Of a stretch of 64,000 nucleotides of DNA, positions 10,042 through 19,570 are shown one piece after another. Under the pieces are notes generated by a model. It saw only the letters and a program-made list of their open reading frames with translations. It ran no database searches and was not told the DNA's origin. Both the position numbers and the translations under genes were made by a program. Positions within the stretch are counted from its first letter, which is position 1; each line of letters starts with the position of its first letter. Source of the DNA: Nanobdellota archaeon (lineage in GTDB: Archaea; Nanobdellota; Nanobdellia; Pacearchaeales; GW2011-AR1); assembly GCA_030647095.1 (NCBI GenBank), contig JAUSKH010000043.1, positions 1,732-65,731 on the forward strand, given 5' to 3'.

Positions 10042-10299
10042 TTAAGCGCCTACTGGTTTTGGAGCAGTTTCTAACTCTTTTATTTTTCCTTCAAGATATG
10101 CATTTAATTCGGTTCCATTGGTTAATGTTTTGGATTGACCAGCACCAGTAAAACTCAATGAAGCTTGTAAAACCCCGTCTCCAACTCCGATAACATAATA
10201 ATTTCTTGCAATCCTATAAACCTCTGCCCTCTGCTCTACAGCCAACTTTTCAACAAATCCATTTAAGCTTCTTAGACATGGTGTGTTTTCTATTGTCAT
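10042..10299 (-). CDS. Hypothetical 85-aa protein
   Basis: ORF only. Occupies the position where rps10 usually follows EF-1alpha, but on the opposite strand and unrelated to S10. Confidence 0.3.
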   Translation of the reverse strand: MTIENTPCLRSLNGFVEKLAVEQRAEVYRIARNYYVIGVGDGVLQASLSFTGAGQSKTLTNGTELNAYLEGKIKELETAPKPVGA

Positions 10300-10344
10300 A
10301 AAAATGCTTAATTTAGTGGTATAAAAACATTTCTCATATTCTTA

Positions 10345-10440
10345 TCAAAAAGTCTTTGCGTTTACCTCGGCTTAAAAGCCGAGGTTTGTTCAGGACTTTT
10401 GGATGCTCAAGATTGCATTCATCCATGCACTAAAGTGCAT
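10345..10440 (-). terminator. Two perfect hairpins (cctcggctt-aaa-agccgagg; catgcac-taa-agtgcatg) between the converging 529-aa and 85-aa genes
   Basis: Inverted repeats seen directly, just 3' of the 10475-12064 gene on the minus strand. Confidence 0.35.
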
Positions 10441-10474
10441 GGTTTTCTGCATCAGCAATCTTGACATAATAAGA

Positions 10475-12064
10475 TTAAGATTCCTTCTTGCTTGATTTTG
10501 CTCCGTTGGAAGAATTAGAGGTTTTACTGGTTTTCGTGGTTTCGCTGGCTTTTGTTTGCCTTACTAAATTAACTATTATTAGTATCACTAATATAACTAT
10601 CAGGAATACTATCCAGGTTAATGGTTTCTTTGCTAGGACTCCTATAGCTGCTCCTGTTAAAGGCACACCAAACAAACTAATTATATTATCTTCTTCTTGA
10701 GTGTTATTAGAAGCTAATGATGTTGAATCGTTTTTTGGAGTTATTTTGCATGGTTGTTTTTCTTTTGGTTTCGACGTTGTAGGTTTACAATAATTTGGAG
10801 GATAACCACAACTCCTTGTTTGCGTGTTATTTTCACATACTGACCAGTCTGTACAACTCCATTCAGTTACGCAACCTGAAGAGCCGCGCCCTGTGTGTGA
10901 TGAAGAGCCACCACCAGATTCACTAAGAGGTTCTGGAGTTGATGAAGGAGGAGATAGAGTTGTAAACATTATAGATAATTCTGGTGATGTTATATTCTCT
11001 GAATCAGTTACTTTTATGTAAACAGTATAAACTGTTCCTGCAGTTAGATTTTCTAATGTATAATTATATTGGGTGTCTGATGTTGGAATCCAAATCCAAT
11101 CTTCTCTATCTAGACTTATTGAATAACCGTTAATTGAAGAGCTATTTCTTAAATCTACGAAAAACGAGAGCATTGCGGTGCTTTTGGTAACTGAAAACGT
11201 TGCAGAACTTATTTGTGCATGCCCTGAATTTATATTATTATGAATACAAAATGAATTTGTTGTGGCTGGGTTTATACAAATATCTTGGGTTGAAGAGTTA
11301 TTATCGTTACATTCTAGGTCAGTATTACATTTGATTGTTTCGCCTGGCGTAGTGTCGTTTGTTGTATTCTGGTTTTGATTTGTTAGTAGGACAAAGTTTA
11401 CACAATCTGTGAACATTTGCTTTGCATCAGATGTCCAGTAATCTGTTGCATAAATTCCAAAAAAGCAGATTGCTCCATTTGTTTTTTTACCGTTTGAAAG
11501 AATGGATCCTTTTTTTGCAAAAGAAATGACATCGCCAAAGACTGGACCTGATTCTGTAGGATATACTCCTGCGTATTTTTCCATTGAACTTGCCTTGTTA
11601 TTTATATCTAGGAAATAATAAGCCAAGGGCTTTCCCCTTATGTCTATTGTAGAATTATAAATGGTTTTAGTGGTTCCATCAATTTTTACTTTTAATGGTT
11701 CATTTGAAGCTAGCCTGCTAATTCCATCTGAATCAGTTAAACCTAATTCTGGACCAAGATTTCCATTAATGATAATAAAAGAATATTTGTCTGTAGGTAC
11801 GGTTTTAGAGAAAGATTCTTCGCCTATTAAAATAAATTTATAGGAAGAGAGATCTTGTGAAAGGAAGTTTTCACTTATTAAATCGGTAGTGAGATTAAGG
11901 TCTGAAAAAATATGAATTATATTTTGGTCTATGGTGTCTGAAGATTTGTATATATAGGCTATATCTGAATTAACTATGTTTGCTGCACTAACAGAATATA
12001 AAAGCATCGTTAAAAGTATTCCTACAAAGGTCAAATATAATATTTTCTTCCTCATTTTTATCAT
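10475..12064 (-). CDS. Secreted surface protein with a juxtamembrane Cys/Trp module, C-terminal TM anchor and Ser/Thr/Lys tail
   Basis: Signal peptide MIKMRKKILYLTFVGILLTMLLYSVSA. Motif CVTEWSCTDWSVCENNTQTRSCGYPPNYC. TM PLTWIVFLIVILVILIIVNLV. The same module is shared with 27482-29317. Confidence 0.65.
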   Translation of the reverse strand: MIKMRKKILYLTFVGILLTMLLYSVSAANIVNSDIAYIYKSSDTIDQNIIHIFSDLNLTTDLISENFLSQDLSSYKFILIGEESFSKTVPTDKYSFIIINGNLGPELGLTDSDGISRLASNEPLKVKIDGTTKTIYNSTIDIRGKPLAYYFLDINNKASSMEKYAGVYPTESGPVFGDVISFAKKGSILSNGKKTNGAICFFGIYATDYWTSDAKQMFTDCVNFVLLTNQNQNTTNDTTPGETIKCNTDLECNDNNSSTQDICINPATTNSFCIHNNINSGHAQISSATFSVTKSTAMLSFFVDLRNSSSINGYSISLDREDWIWIPTSDTQYNYTLENLTAGTVYTVYIKVTDSENITSPELSIMFTTLSPPSSTPEPLSESGGGSSSHTGRGSSGCVTEWSCTDWSVCENNTQTRSCGYPPNYCKPTTSKPKEKQPCKITPKNDSTSLASNNTQEEDNIISLFGVPLTGAAIGVLAKKPLTWIVFLIVILVILIIVNLVRQTKASETTKTSKTSNSSNGAKSSKKES

Positions 12065-12216
12065 GAATCAAGATGTACTTTCATATAAAAGGATATAGAT
12101 TCTCAAACATAACCTTTAAGTTAGAATAGTCTGATTGAAACTTAGATTAATCGATTAGGTCTTCTTATTTTTGCGCTCGCTGGCTTAGAGATTTAAATCT
12201 CTAATACATTCAACTC

Positions 12217-12870
12217 TCACGAGTTGAAGTCTCTGCCAGCACTAAATACCCCAAACGCGTAACCGTAACCGTCCCTGACGCCGCTGCCGCTGCCGTAAAG
12301 ACCCAACGAAGACCCGACGGAACTGAGGCTCGCGACTCTCTTTTGCTCTGAAACAACATCATCTTTTGTTAATGCCCAAATATAGGGTGTTTTCTTTAGG
12401 TCTTTAGCAATTTTAGCAAGTAATCCTACTCCTTCTTCTCCTGCAAGAGCAATAGCAAAAGGATTTTTTTCTATATTATTATCTTCTCCAACAGTGTAAC
12501 CAAATGGAATGTGCCTTGCTTTATTTCTATCAATTATAACTCCATTTTCATTAAAATCTGGTCTGTCTTGGATAAAGGCACCTTCACTTGGAACGTAAAG
12601 AACTCCATTAAAACCCCAAAACCACCCTTTTCTTAAAGTATCTAAAATTTGTGAAGCATATTTATTTTCTTTATTTTGAGTTGCCGCGTAAACTAAAGAA
12701 GTTGTCTCTGCAATTGTTGGTTCTATATCTCCTTGAGAGTGAATAGAATCTCTTACGGTTTTATAATTGCCCGGACCATGAATGGGCGCAATGAATCTTA
12801 ATTCTTTTTCTAAATGAGGAACTGTAATATAAGTTCTTCCTTCTTCAACTTTGAATGATGGTTTTACCAT
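12217..12870 (-). CDS. Hypothetical 217-aa protein with a Gly/Ser-rich C-terminus
   Basis: ORF only. GC-rich 3' end encoding GSGSGVRDGYGYAFG. Confidence 0.45.
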   Translation of the reverse strand: MVKPSFKVEEGRTYITVPHLEKELRFIAPIHGPGNYKTVRDSIHSQGDIEPTIAETTSLVYAATQNKENKYASQILDTLRKGWFWGFNGVLYVPSEGAFIQDRPDFNENGVIIDRNKARHIPFGYTVGEDNNIEKNPFAIALAGEEGVGLLAKIAKDLKKTPYIWALTKDDVVSEQKRVASLSSVGSSLGLYGSGSGVRDGYGYAFGVFSAGRDFNS

Positions 12871-13127
12871 ATTTCTAGTTAAAAATAGATATATTTAAAT
12901 CTTTTGGTTATGTTATTACTGTATAAAGATAACATAATCATATTTCTGATAATTGGGAATATTGAGAATCAGTAATTATTTTAAATCGTATTTCTTTAAT
13001 AAACTTAGTAAAGTCTTCTAAATTATCAAGATTTTCGAATGTTGGTTCATCGTCAACTTCTCCGTACTTATGAACTAAGATTAATTGAGGTGATTGAGGC
13101 AGTTTAGTCCCGATTTGCCCTAATCGC

Positions 13128-13394
13128 CTAATTGATATATTTTTTAATATAAGTTTTTACTTCTGGTGATGTATCTTGCCTGTCAAGTAATTCATCTTTA
13201 TGTCTAAGTAAAGCTTCTTCATATTTACAAGTTAATGAGTGTTCTGGTTTTAATCTTCCTGAATAAATGGCTATCTTTGCCATAAATCTATATATTGAAC
13301 CCGGGGGTGTAAACCTGTGTGCAAGAAATTCAAGATTATCAAAGTTTAAAGTATATCCTCTAGGATTATTATTAGACATGAAATAAAGAATCAA
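13128..13394 (-). CDS. Hypothetical small protein downstream of rpoN (possibly continues in the -1 frame to ~12945)
   Basis: ORF only. A second frame continues without its own start codon immediately after the stop. Confidence 0.3.
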   Translation of the reverse strand: MILYFMSNNNPRGYTLNFDNLEFLAHRFTPPGSIYRFMAKIAIYSGRLKPEHSLTCKYEEALLRHKDELLDRQDTSPEVKTYIKKYIN

Positions 13395-13421
13395 TGTATT
13401 TATTTAAATATTATTGCACTA

Positions 13422-13619
13422 TTAGGCTTTCTTAAATTTAGTGATTTCTGGAAGCATGTCGGCATGGCCTAAAAGTGTTGCTCGACAGCAATATCTCTCT
13501 AAACCTAGCTCTGTAAGCACTTTACCAGCGTCTTCGCCTGCGTCTATTCTCTTCTTATATTCTTCCCATACTTGACCTACTGGTTTTCCGCAGCCCATAC
13601 AACGCACTGGAATTATCAT
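13422..13619 (-). CDS. rpoN: DNA-directed RNA polymerase subunit N (Rpo10)
   Basis: MIIPVRCMGCGKPVGQVWEEY...RYCCR, the Rpo10 zinc-binding pattern. Start taken at MIIPVRC. Confidence 0.8.
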   Translation of the reverse strand: MIIPVRCMGCGKPVGQVWEEYKKRIDAGEDAGKVLTELGLERYCCRATLLGHADMLPEITKFKKA

Positions 13620-13675
13620 GCTAATATCTCTCAACGATGGTTTTTAAAGTTTGCTAGGGCATTTCTTTAGAAAAA

Positions 13676-14275
13676 TTATCTGCGTTTTTTCATCATTATT
13701 TTGCCTAGATAATAAGCTGATCCGAAGACTACTACTCCTGGCAAAAGTGCGAGACCAAGGCCTGGAACTAGGAGACCTGTACCTATTGCTCCTAATGTAC
13801 CTGCCCCTACTGATTCAAGAAGATTTGCTGCTTGTGATACAGATTTTTCTACGTCTTTTTGTAAAGCATCTATTTGCATAATCATTTTACCTTCTTTTAA
13901 AATTCTTATTTTCTTATCTTCTTCCGAGACTAGAACAACTAGGTTGCCTTTCTTTGCGGCGTTTAATGCTGCGCTATGCCGTGTACCAAAATTCTTGAAT
14001 GTTTTTGTACTCTTTATCATGACCCCATAAGCAGTCAGCATTCCTTTCTTGTCTATTATGACTGCACCATCCATTAAAGCTAGAGATTCTAAAAGTTTAG
14101 GATTTTCTATTACCTTAAATGAAGGTACTGACTGATCTACGAGAGGATTATATTGTGTTTCTCCAATTACAAATAAAGCTCCTTCTCCTCGCTTAGCTAT
14201 TCTAAGTCCTACCTGTATAAGTAGCTCTTGCAAGTGCTTCCTACTTCCATTTTTTTGTTGAGAATTTCTTTTCAT
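13676..14275 (-). CDS. dacZ: Diadenylate cyclase (DAC/DisA_N domain; DacZ-like c-di-AMP synthase) with a C-terminal hydrophobic region
   Basis: DAC signature motifs LMDGAVIIDKKG (DGA) and FGTRHSAALNAA (RHR-like). Gly-rich TM-like C-terminus. Confidence 0.75.
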   Translation of the reverse strand: MKRNSQQKNGSRKHLQELLIQVGLRIAKRGEGALFVIGETQYNPLVDQSVPSFKVIENPKLLESLALMDGAVIIDKKGMLTAYGVMIKSTKTFKNFGTRHSAALNAAKKGNLVVLVSEEDKKIRILKEGKMIMQIDALQKDVEKSVSQAANLLESVGAGTLGAIGTGLLVPGLGLALLPGVVVFGSAYYLGKIMMKKRR

Positions 14276-14317
14276 ATTATTTTGTTTTTTTCTTCATTTA
14301 TATAGTTTGTGAAAGAT

Positions 14318-14686
14318 TCAATCACAATTGGAGAGATATTTCAATTCTGTAAGATTTTTGTATCCGTAGTAAATTGTTTTATTTATGTACCACGAAGGTA
14401 CGCTTCTTATGTTCGGGCAAAGAGATTTGTCTTTTCCACAGTCTATATATTTTACTTGCTTAAATGCCGTTCCAAAAAGTTCTGCTTGTTTTTCACATTC
14501 ACTGCAATATACAGACCCATAAAATTCTGCTCCTTCCTGCTCTAGGCAATATGCTACTTTTGTTTTTTCATCTTCGCCTGCAAAATAGCCCGTTACTTTC
14601 GAGAACCAATCTGTGAATGAATATAGTCCTGTAACCAGAATAATTGTGATAATAAAAGTAATTAACACCTTTGTTTTTGTTTGCAT
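14318..14686 (-). CDS. Membrane-anchored thioredoxin-fold-like protein (CxxC)
   Basis: N-terminal TM, CSEC motif and a VPSWYI cis-Pro-like segment. Weak assignment. Confidence 0.35.
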   Translation of the reverse strand: MQTKTKVLITFIITIILVTGLYSFTDWFSKVTGYFAGEDEKTKVAYCLEQEGAEFYGSVYCSECEKQAELFGTAFKQVKYIDCGKDKSLCPNIRSVPSWYINKTIYYGYKNLTELKYLSNCD

Positions 14687-14754
14687 TTTTATATAAGGAG
14701 GAGGGGTATTTTAACTTTATTGGCTCATCCTACTTTTACCAAAGACTTTATAAA

Positions 14755-15339
14755 ATGGTTTTACTCTTATTGAATATGGCTTTAGGACTTATTATAGGTT
14801 TAGTAGTTGCAGCAATTGTTTTGATAATAGTAATTGCGTTTATTTATTATTATAATAGATTTATAGTTTTAGAAAATAGGATTGACAACTCCTTGTCACA
14901 GATTGATGTTCAGCTAAAGAGAAGGGCTGAGCTTGTACCTAATTTAATTAATACGGTTAAGGGTTATGCAAAACATGAGAAAGGAATTATGCAGGAAGTT
15001 GTAGATGCTAGAAAGGTCTTACTTGCTGCGAAAGATGTGAAGAAAAGAGTAGAGGCTGGAGCTGAATTGCAGAATGCTCTTAAATCAATATTTGCTCTTG
15101 CTGAAAACTATCCTCAACTAAAAGCTAATGAGAATTTCTTGCAACTGCAACAGGAATTGGCTACTATTGAAGATAGAATTGCATATTCCAGGCAGTATTA
15201 TAACGATTCTATCCTTGAATATAATAATAAAGTAGAAGTTTTCCCTGGCATGTTTTTTGCAAACTTATATAGTAAGAAAGAAAAAGAATATTTGAAGATT
15301 CCTGAAGAAATAAGGGCTGTACCTAAAGTTGAGTTTTAA
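14755..15339 (+). CDS. lemA: LemA family membrane protein
   Basis: Strong LemA-like sequence (NRFIVLENRIDNSLSQIDVQLKRRAELVPNLINTVKGYAKHEK...AENYPQLKANENF). Start taken at MVLLLLNMALG. Confidence 0.85.
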   Translation: MVLLLLNMALGLIIGLVVAAIVLIIVIAFIYYYNRFIVLENRIDNSLSQIDVQLKRRAELVPNLINTVKGYAKHEKGIMQEVVDARKVLLAAKDVKKRVEAGAELQNALKSIFALAENYPQLKANENFLQLQQELATIEDRIAYSRQYYNDSILEYNNKVEVFPGMFFANLYSKKEKEYLKIPEEIRAVPKVEF

Positions 15340-15386
15340 AGATAAATAATATTAATATTTAAATAGTGATTTAGCTTTCTATTGAG

Positions 15387-16286
15387 ATGGTAGAAAGATT
15401 GTCGTTTGAAGATGAAATTTCAAAGAATAAGATAAAATCCTTTTTTTTAGTAATTGTAGTCATAACTTTCTTTTTGTTGCTAGGTTTTATAATCGCTTTG
15501 ATTGCTAATCCTGGCTATTTCTTTATTATCATGATTTTTTCTATCATTATCTCTATATCTTATACATTATTTAGTTATTATAATGCTGAGAAAATTGCTA
15601 TTGCTTCTGTAAACGCAAAGCTTGCTTCTCCAACTAGAGATAAAATATTGTTTAATGCTGTGGAAAATATGTCTCTTGCCTCTGGATTGCCGATGCCTAA
15701 AGTGTATATAATGAAATCTGACAGAATAAATGCTTTTGCTTCTGGCAGAGATCCTAAACATGCAATTATATGCGTAACAACTGGTGCTTTGGAAAAATTA
15801 GAAAAAGAAGAGTTAGAAGGTGTGATAGCACATGAAATGTCTCATATTGCTAATTTTGATGTGAGATTCATGACTTTAACAGCAGTGCTTGTTGGCTTAG
15901 TGTCCATTCTTGCCGAATTGTTTCTTAGAAGTCTATGGTTTTCTTCTGACGATGATAGAAAGGGGGGTGGATTGCTTATTATATTAGGAATAATATTTGC
16001 AATAATTGCTCCGATAGCGGCTCAACTTGTTTCACTTGCTATTTCACGTAGAAGGGAGTTTACTGCTGATGCTACTGGCGTTAAGTTCACTAGATACCCG
16101 CCTGGATTGAGAAATGCTTTAATAAAGATAAAAAAGGAGAACGAACCTTCGCAGGAAGATAGAAAGAGATACCCTAAAGCAATGGCCCCTCTGTTCATAT
16201 CTGACCCTTTCAAATCAAGGATAAAAAATATATTTAGTACGCATCCATCAATAGATGAAAGAATTAAAATACTTGAAAGAATGTGA
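15387..16286 (+). CDS. htpX: HtpX-like M48 zinc metalloprotease
   Basis: HEMSHI (HExxH), four TM segments and the conserved LemA-HtpX gene pair. Confidence 0.85.
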   Translation: MVERLSFEDEISKNKIKSFFLVIVVITFFLLLGFIIALIANPGYFFIIMIFSIIISISYTLFSYYNAEKIAIASVNAKLASPTRDKILFNAVENMSLASGLPMPKVYIMKSDRINAFASGRDPKHAIICVTTGALEKLEKEELEGVIAHEMSHIANFDVRFMTLTAVLVGLVSILAELFLRSLWFSSDDDRKGGGLLIILGIIFAIIAPIAAQLVSLAISRRREFTADATGVKFTRYPPGLRNALIKIKKENEPSQEDRKRYPKAMAPLFISDPFKSRIKNIFSTHPSIDERIKILERM

Positions 16287-17501
16287 TTATTTCTTAGGTG
16301 ATATATATTTAGGGGACCACCGGCTGTAATTAGTCTGTTTACCTCCAGATTGAAAAGAGAATCTTGAAGGATTACGATGGTAATCCAATAAGAACTCTTC
16401 CTCTCTTCGTGCTTTTATAACAGCCTCGGTAAAACCAATAATATTTTCAAATTCATTTGGTGAGATCTTTACAGCTTCTTTCTTTCCTTCAAAGACTGCT
16501 TCTGCACCTGCACGCCTCATTCTTTTCCATGTTTCAACTGCTGAAATGAATGGACTGAAACAGAATGCCTTGTAACCGCTTAATTCATGGGGTATAGATG
16601 AGATATAATCTATAATAGAGGATAAGTTAAGATAAGCAGTTTGGTAGAGAGATTCAAAAACGTTCTCTCTTGCTTCTCGTGCTGATTTCTCTTGACCATA
16701 AATTAGCTCTTGAGGAGTTAAACCTGGAAAGAGATCTCTTGGAAGGAAAAGAGTTCTTGCATCTGGGTAGTCTGACCTTGCATCTGCATCTTCTTTAATA
16801 TTCTTAGTTATATTGGTTAACTGGAGAGTCATTCCTAATATTTTTGCGTGAATTCTATCAATCTCGTGATAGTTATCTGTCTTCCTATCCATTATTAGGT
16901 CTGTAAGAGATTCTCCTACTATACCTGCCACATAATCGCAATATTTTTTTAGGTCGTCTTGTGTTCTAAGTTCTCTCATCTCCAACGCTTCTCTCATACC
17001 TGCAGTCATAGTTGCTGTACAGTTTCTAAGTATTTCTCTTATGGATTTATCAAATGTTTGCATCTCTTTTAGCGGGCTGTACTTTCCACCTTTACCAAAA
17101 TGTTTAACAAAAACTCTTGTTTCTTCGTCTACAGCGCCCTCAAGCATTTTATTAGTTATTTTGTTTACCTTTCCTTCTATAAGATCTGTTATAGAATCGC
17201 TTGTATCTCTTCTTGCTATTTCTGCAATCACTGAATGCTGGTCATTTAATACCTCGATCTTATCTGGTATAGGAAGGCGTCCGTCTTCTGCTTCATCTGC
17301 CCACCTTAATACATTATAAAGTGTCTGCACGATTGTTCTTTTATTATATTCAGTTGGGTCTTTTAAAGTTTCTAGATGGGCTATGGGATAAACAAATGTT
17401 CTAGATTTTAAGTGAAGTAATTCTCTGGAATCTAAATCGTGACTCTTAGCTTTTTCAAGTACTTCTTCAACTGTGGGGTGCAGTATCCACTCTGGAATCA
17501 T
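16287..17501 (-). CDS. Squalene/phytoene synthase-family head-to-head prenyltransferase
   Basis: YCDYVAGIVG motif, Asp-rich WADEAEDG, and LQLTNITKNIKEDADARSDYPDAR matching the second SQS/PSY signature. Confidence 0.7.
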   Translation of the reverse strand: MIPEWILHPTVEEVLEKAKSHDLDSRELLHLKSRTFVYPIAHLETLKDPTEYNKRTIVQTLYNVLRWADEAEDGRLPIPDKIEVLNDQHSVIAEIARRDTSDSITDLIEGKVNKITNKMLEGAVDEETRVFVKHFGKGGKYSPLKEMQTFDKSIREILRNCTATMTAGMREALEMRELRTQDDLKKYCDYVAGIVGESLTDLIMDRKTDNYHEIDRIHAKILGMTLQLTNITKNIKEDADARSDYPDARTLFLPRDLFPGLTPQELIYGQEKSAREARENVFESLYQTAYLNLSSIIDYISSIPHELSGYKAFCFSPFISAVETWKRMRRAGAEAVFEGKKEAVKISPNEFENIIGFTEAVIKARREEEFLLDYHRNPSRFSFQSGGKQTNYSRWSPKYISPKK

Positions 17502-17599
17502 AAAAAACAGCCACTTTGAGAGTATATTAATTTATCTATCTGTTCGTTTAATTCCCGCTTGATAGTAAAAATTTTAAAGTTGTTTATCAAAGATTTATC

Positions 17600-17914
17600 A
17601 TGAAAAATATTTTTTTCTCAGAGAAATGTTATGATATTGTAAAGAGAATTCCTAAAGGAAAGGTTATGACATATAAATCTGTTGCTAAAACTCTTGGAAC
17701 AAACGCTTATAGGGTCGTAGGTAATGCAATGAATAAAAGTCCTGGAATGCCTGAAATGCCTTGCCATAGGGTTGTAAAATCGAATGGAGAAGTGGGTGGT
17801 TTTGTTCATGGTACTAGGAAAAAGATTGAAATGCTTAATATGGAAGGTGTAAAAGTTAAAAATGGGAAGGTTGATTTGGAAGAGTATAGATATAGTTTGA
17901 AAAGTAAAAGTTAA
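17600..17914 (+). CDS. MGMT/Ogt-family DNA-binding domain protein (methylated-DNA-protein-cysteine methyltransferase C-terminal domain)
   Basis: PCHRVV active-site motif and IPKGKVMTYKSVAK helix. 104 aa, standalone domain. Confidence 0.7.
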   Translation: MKNIFFSEKCYDIVKRIPKGKVMTYKSVAKTLGTNAYRVVGNAMNKSPGMPEMPCHRVVKSNGEVGGFVHGTRKKIEMLNMEGVKVKNGKVDLEEYRYSLKSKS

Positions 17915-17939
17915 AATAGTCTTCTTATTTAAAACTGAG

Positions 17940-18572
17940 ATGGGTATTGAAAAGCTGATAAGTGGGAATAGACCTTTTTTGGCTGTTGCTAGTGGTTTAG
18001 CTTTGTCTTTTCTTGATTGTGTGCCTTTGCCTTCCTGTAATGTTCAAGAGCCTTATTGCAGCAGCCCTGTTGTGGATAATAGGTTTGTTCTGACTAATCC
18101 TACTGGAGGAACTAAATATGCACATCAGATACTTGGAATTGGAGGAAATTACACTGGAGACAAAAATGCAATGGTTGGTGGACCTGATGAAGGATATACA
18201 AATTTTAAAATATCTAGACAGGACGGTGAGGCTATTATAGTTGCTGGATTTGGTGGAGACTTTAATGTTGTGAAGGTAGGATTAAAATCAGATTCACTCT
18301 ATATGTATGCGGTAGCTCAAGTAGGAGATTTTGTCAGATTTTCAAAGAGAGATAATGAGGAAAAGAGTAATGAGATAGTATTAGGAAATTTTGTTACGGT
18401 TGGAGAGGGTGAAAGAGGAAATATTACCTTACAGGGAGTAAATGAATTATATGAATACAGATTTAATGTAGGTCCAAGTACTAAAGATAGGATATTTATT
18501 TTAAAATTTGATGTTGGGTATGCAAGCCCTTCTGTTTTCAATTTATCTGTGGATTATTTGAAAGCTGAATAA
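17940..18572 (+). CDS. Hypothetical secreted/membrane protein
   Basis: N-terminal hydrophobic segment. Beta-rich composition. Confidence 0.4.
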   Translation: MGIEKLISGNRPFLAVASGLALSFLDCVPLPSCNVQEPYCSSPVVDNRFVLTNPTGGTKYAHQILGIGGNYTGDKNAMVGGPDEGYTNFKISRQDGEAIIVAGFGGDFNVVKVGLKSDSLYMYAVAQVGDFVRFSKRDNEEKSNEIVLGNFVTVGEGERGNITLQGVNELYEYRFNVGPSTKDRIFILKFDVGYASPSVFNLSVDYLKAE

Positions 18573-18630
18573 CGATTAATAAGAAACTCCTGATGGATAA
18601 TTATTTATATATTACATATATCCCTAAATA

Positions 18631-18921
18631 ATGCAACAACAACTAGATACTGAAATAGATCTATGTATTAAAAATTTTAGAAATAGAATTGAAGATTATG
18701 TTATAAATCCTGTGCATAATAATCCTGAGTATGTCTATTATGCAGCAAGAGAGCTGTTTAATATCTTTTATGATGTTGGCATGTCTATTAAGGGCTATGA
18801 TGCAGAACAAAGGAGCATGATTGATATTAGTTTTAAACAAGCTATTAGGCATGTTCTTCATCCTGATATGCGTGAAGCTATTAGAATAATGCATGGGGGA
18901 TTAAAGAAATTTTTGGTTTAA
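18631..18921 (+). CDS. Hypothetical 96-aa protein
   Basis: ORF only. Confidence 0.3.
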   Translation: MQQQLDTEIDLCIKNFRNRIEDYVINPVHNNPEYVYYAARELFNIFYDVGMSIKGYDAEQRSMIDISFKQAIRHVLHPDMREAIRIMHGGLKKFLV

Positions 18922-18931
18922 GAGAGTTTAT

Positions 18932-19391
18932 TATGGAAAAAGAAGAACATATTGTTAAAATACTTAGAAAAGAGTGGGTGACACATGATGTTGTTAGACT
19001 TGGTGTTGAAAAACCGCAAGGATATAAATTTATTCCAGGACAGGCAACAGAGGTTTCTGTAAATCAAAAAGTCCTTGTATAATCTTTGGACTTTTGGATG
19101 CATGAAAATTCCAGAGTTGATTCTGATTTTTTGAAGATAAATATAGAAAGTTTTGAAAAACCCTCAAAAAACTTTCTAAGAAGGACTCAAAGAACAAAAT
19201 TCTTTGATACATTCAACTTTGATAAGTTGAAGTCTTTGAAAGAAGGAAACAATAATGATTATTCAAAGTCCTCTATAAAAGATTTTTCACAACACTTTTA
19301 TATTTGTGGGTCAGTAAGAATGGTGGGAGAAATTCAAGATACTCTAAGGAAATTAGGAGCAAATTCTGATTCTATTGTTATTGAAACCTAG
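18932..19391 (+). pseudogene. Remnant of an FNR-like (FAD/NAD-binding) oxidoreductase, interrupted by a MITE copy
   Basis: N-terminal fragment MEKEEHIVKILRKEWVTHDVVRLGVEKPQGYKFIPGQATEVSV ends in a stop. A C-terminal fragment YICGSVRMVGEIQDTLRKLG lies in another frame. The MITE sits at 19140-19283 between them. Confidence 0.45.
19140..19283. mobile_element. MITE-like element, short (internally deleted) copy
   Basis: Both ends match the 60770-61051 copy (atagaRagtttt...ctaagaaggactcaaagaacaaaattctttgata ... caactttgaYaagttgaagtctttgaaagaagg.aa...gattattcaaagtcctctata). Confidence 0.65.
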
Positions 19392-19570
19392 ACCTGCAAC
19401 CGCAATATATAAAAAGTCTTTATGCTTTGATTTATCAGTATGTATTACAAAAGAGAAACTTGGGCTGGAATAGAAATGTTTGGTCTTAGTCTTAGATGTA
19501 ATACAGTTACTTCTAAACTTGCATCTATTACATTTGATAGCAAGTAAGTACACATCAATTCTCTGCTTAC

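Noticed and set aside
13128-13394. 88-aa ORF downstream of rpoN considered as RpoK/Rpo6 (expected neighbour in many archaea)
   Set aside because: Lacks the conserved Rpo6 motif (…ARIIGARALQ…). Kept as hypothetical, with a note of a possible -1 frame continuation.
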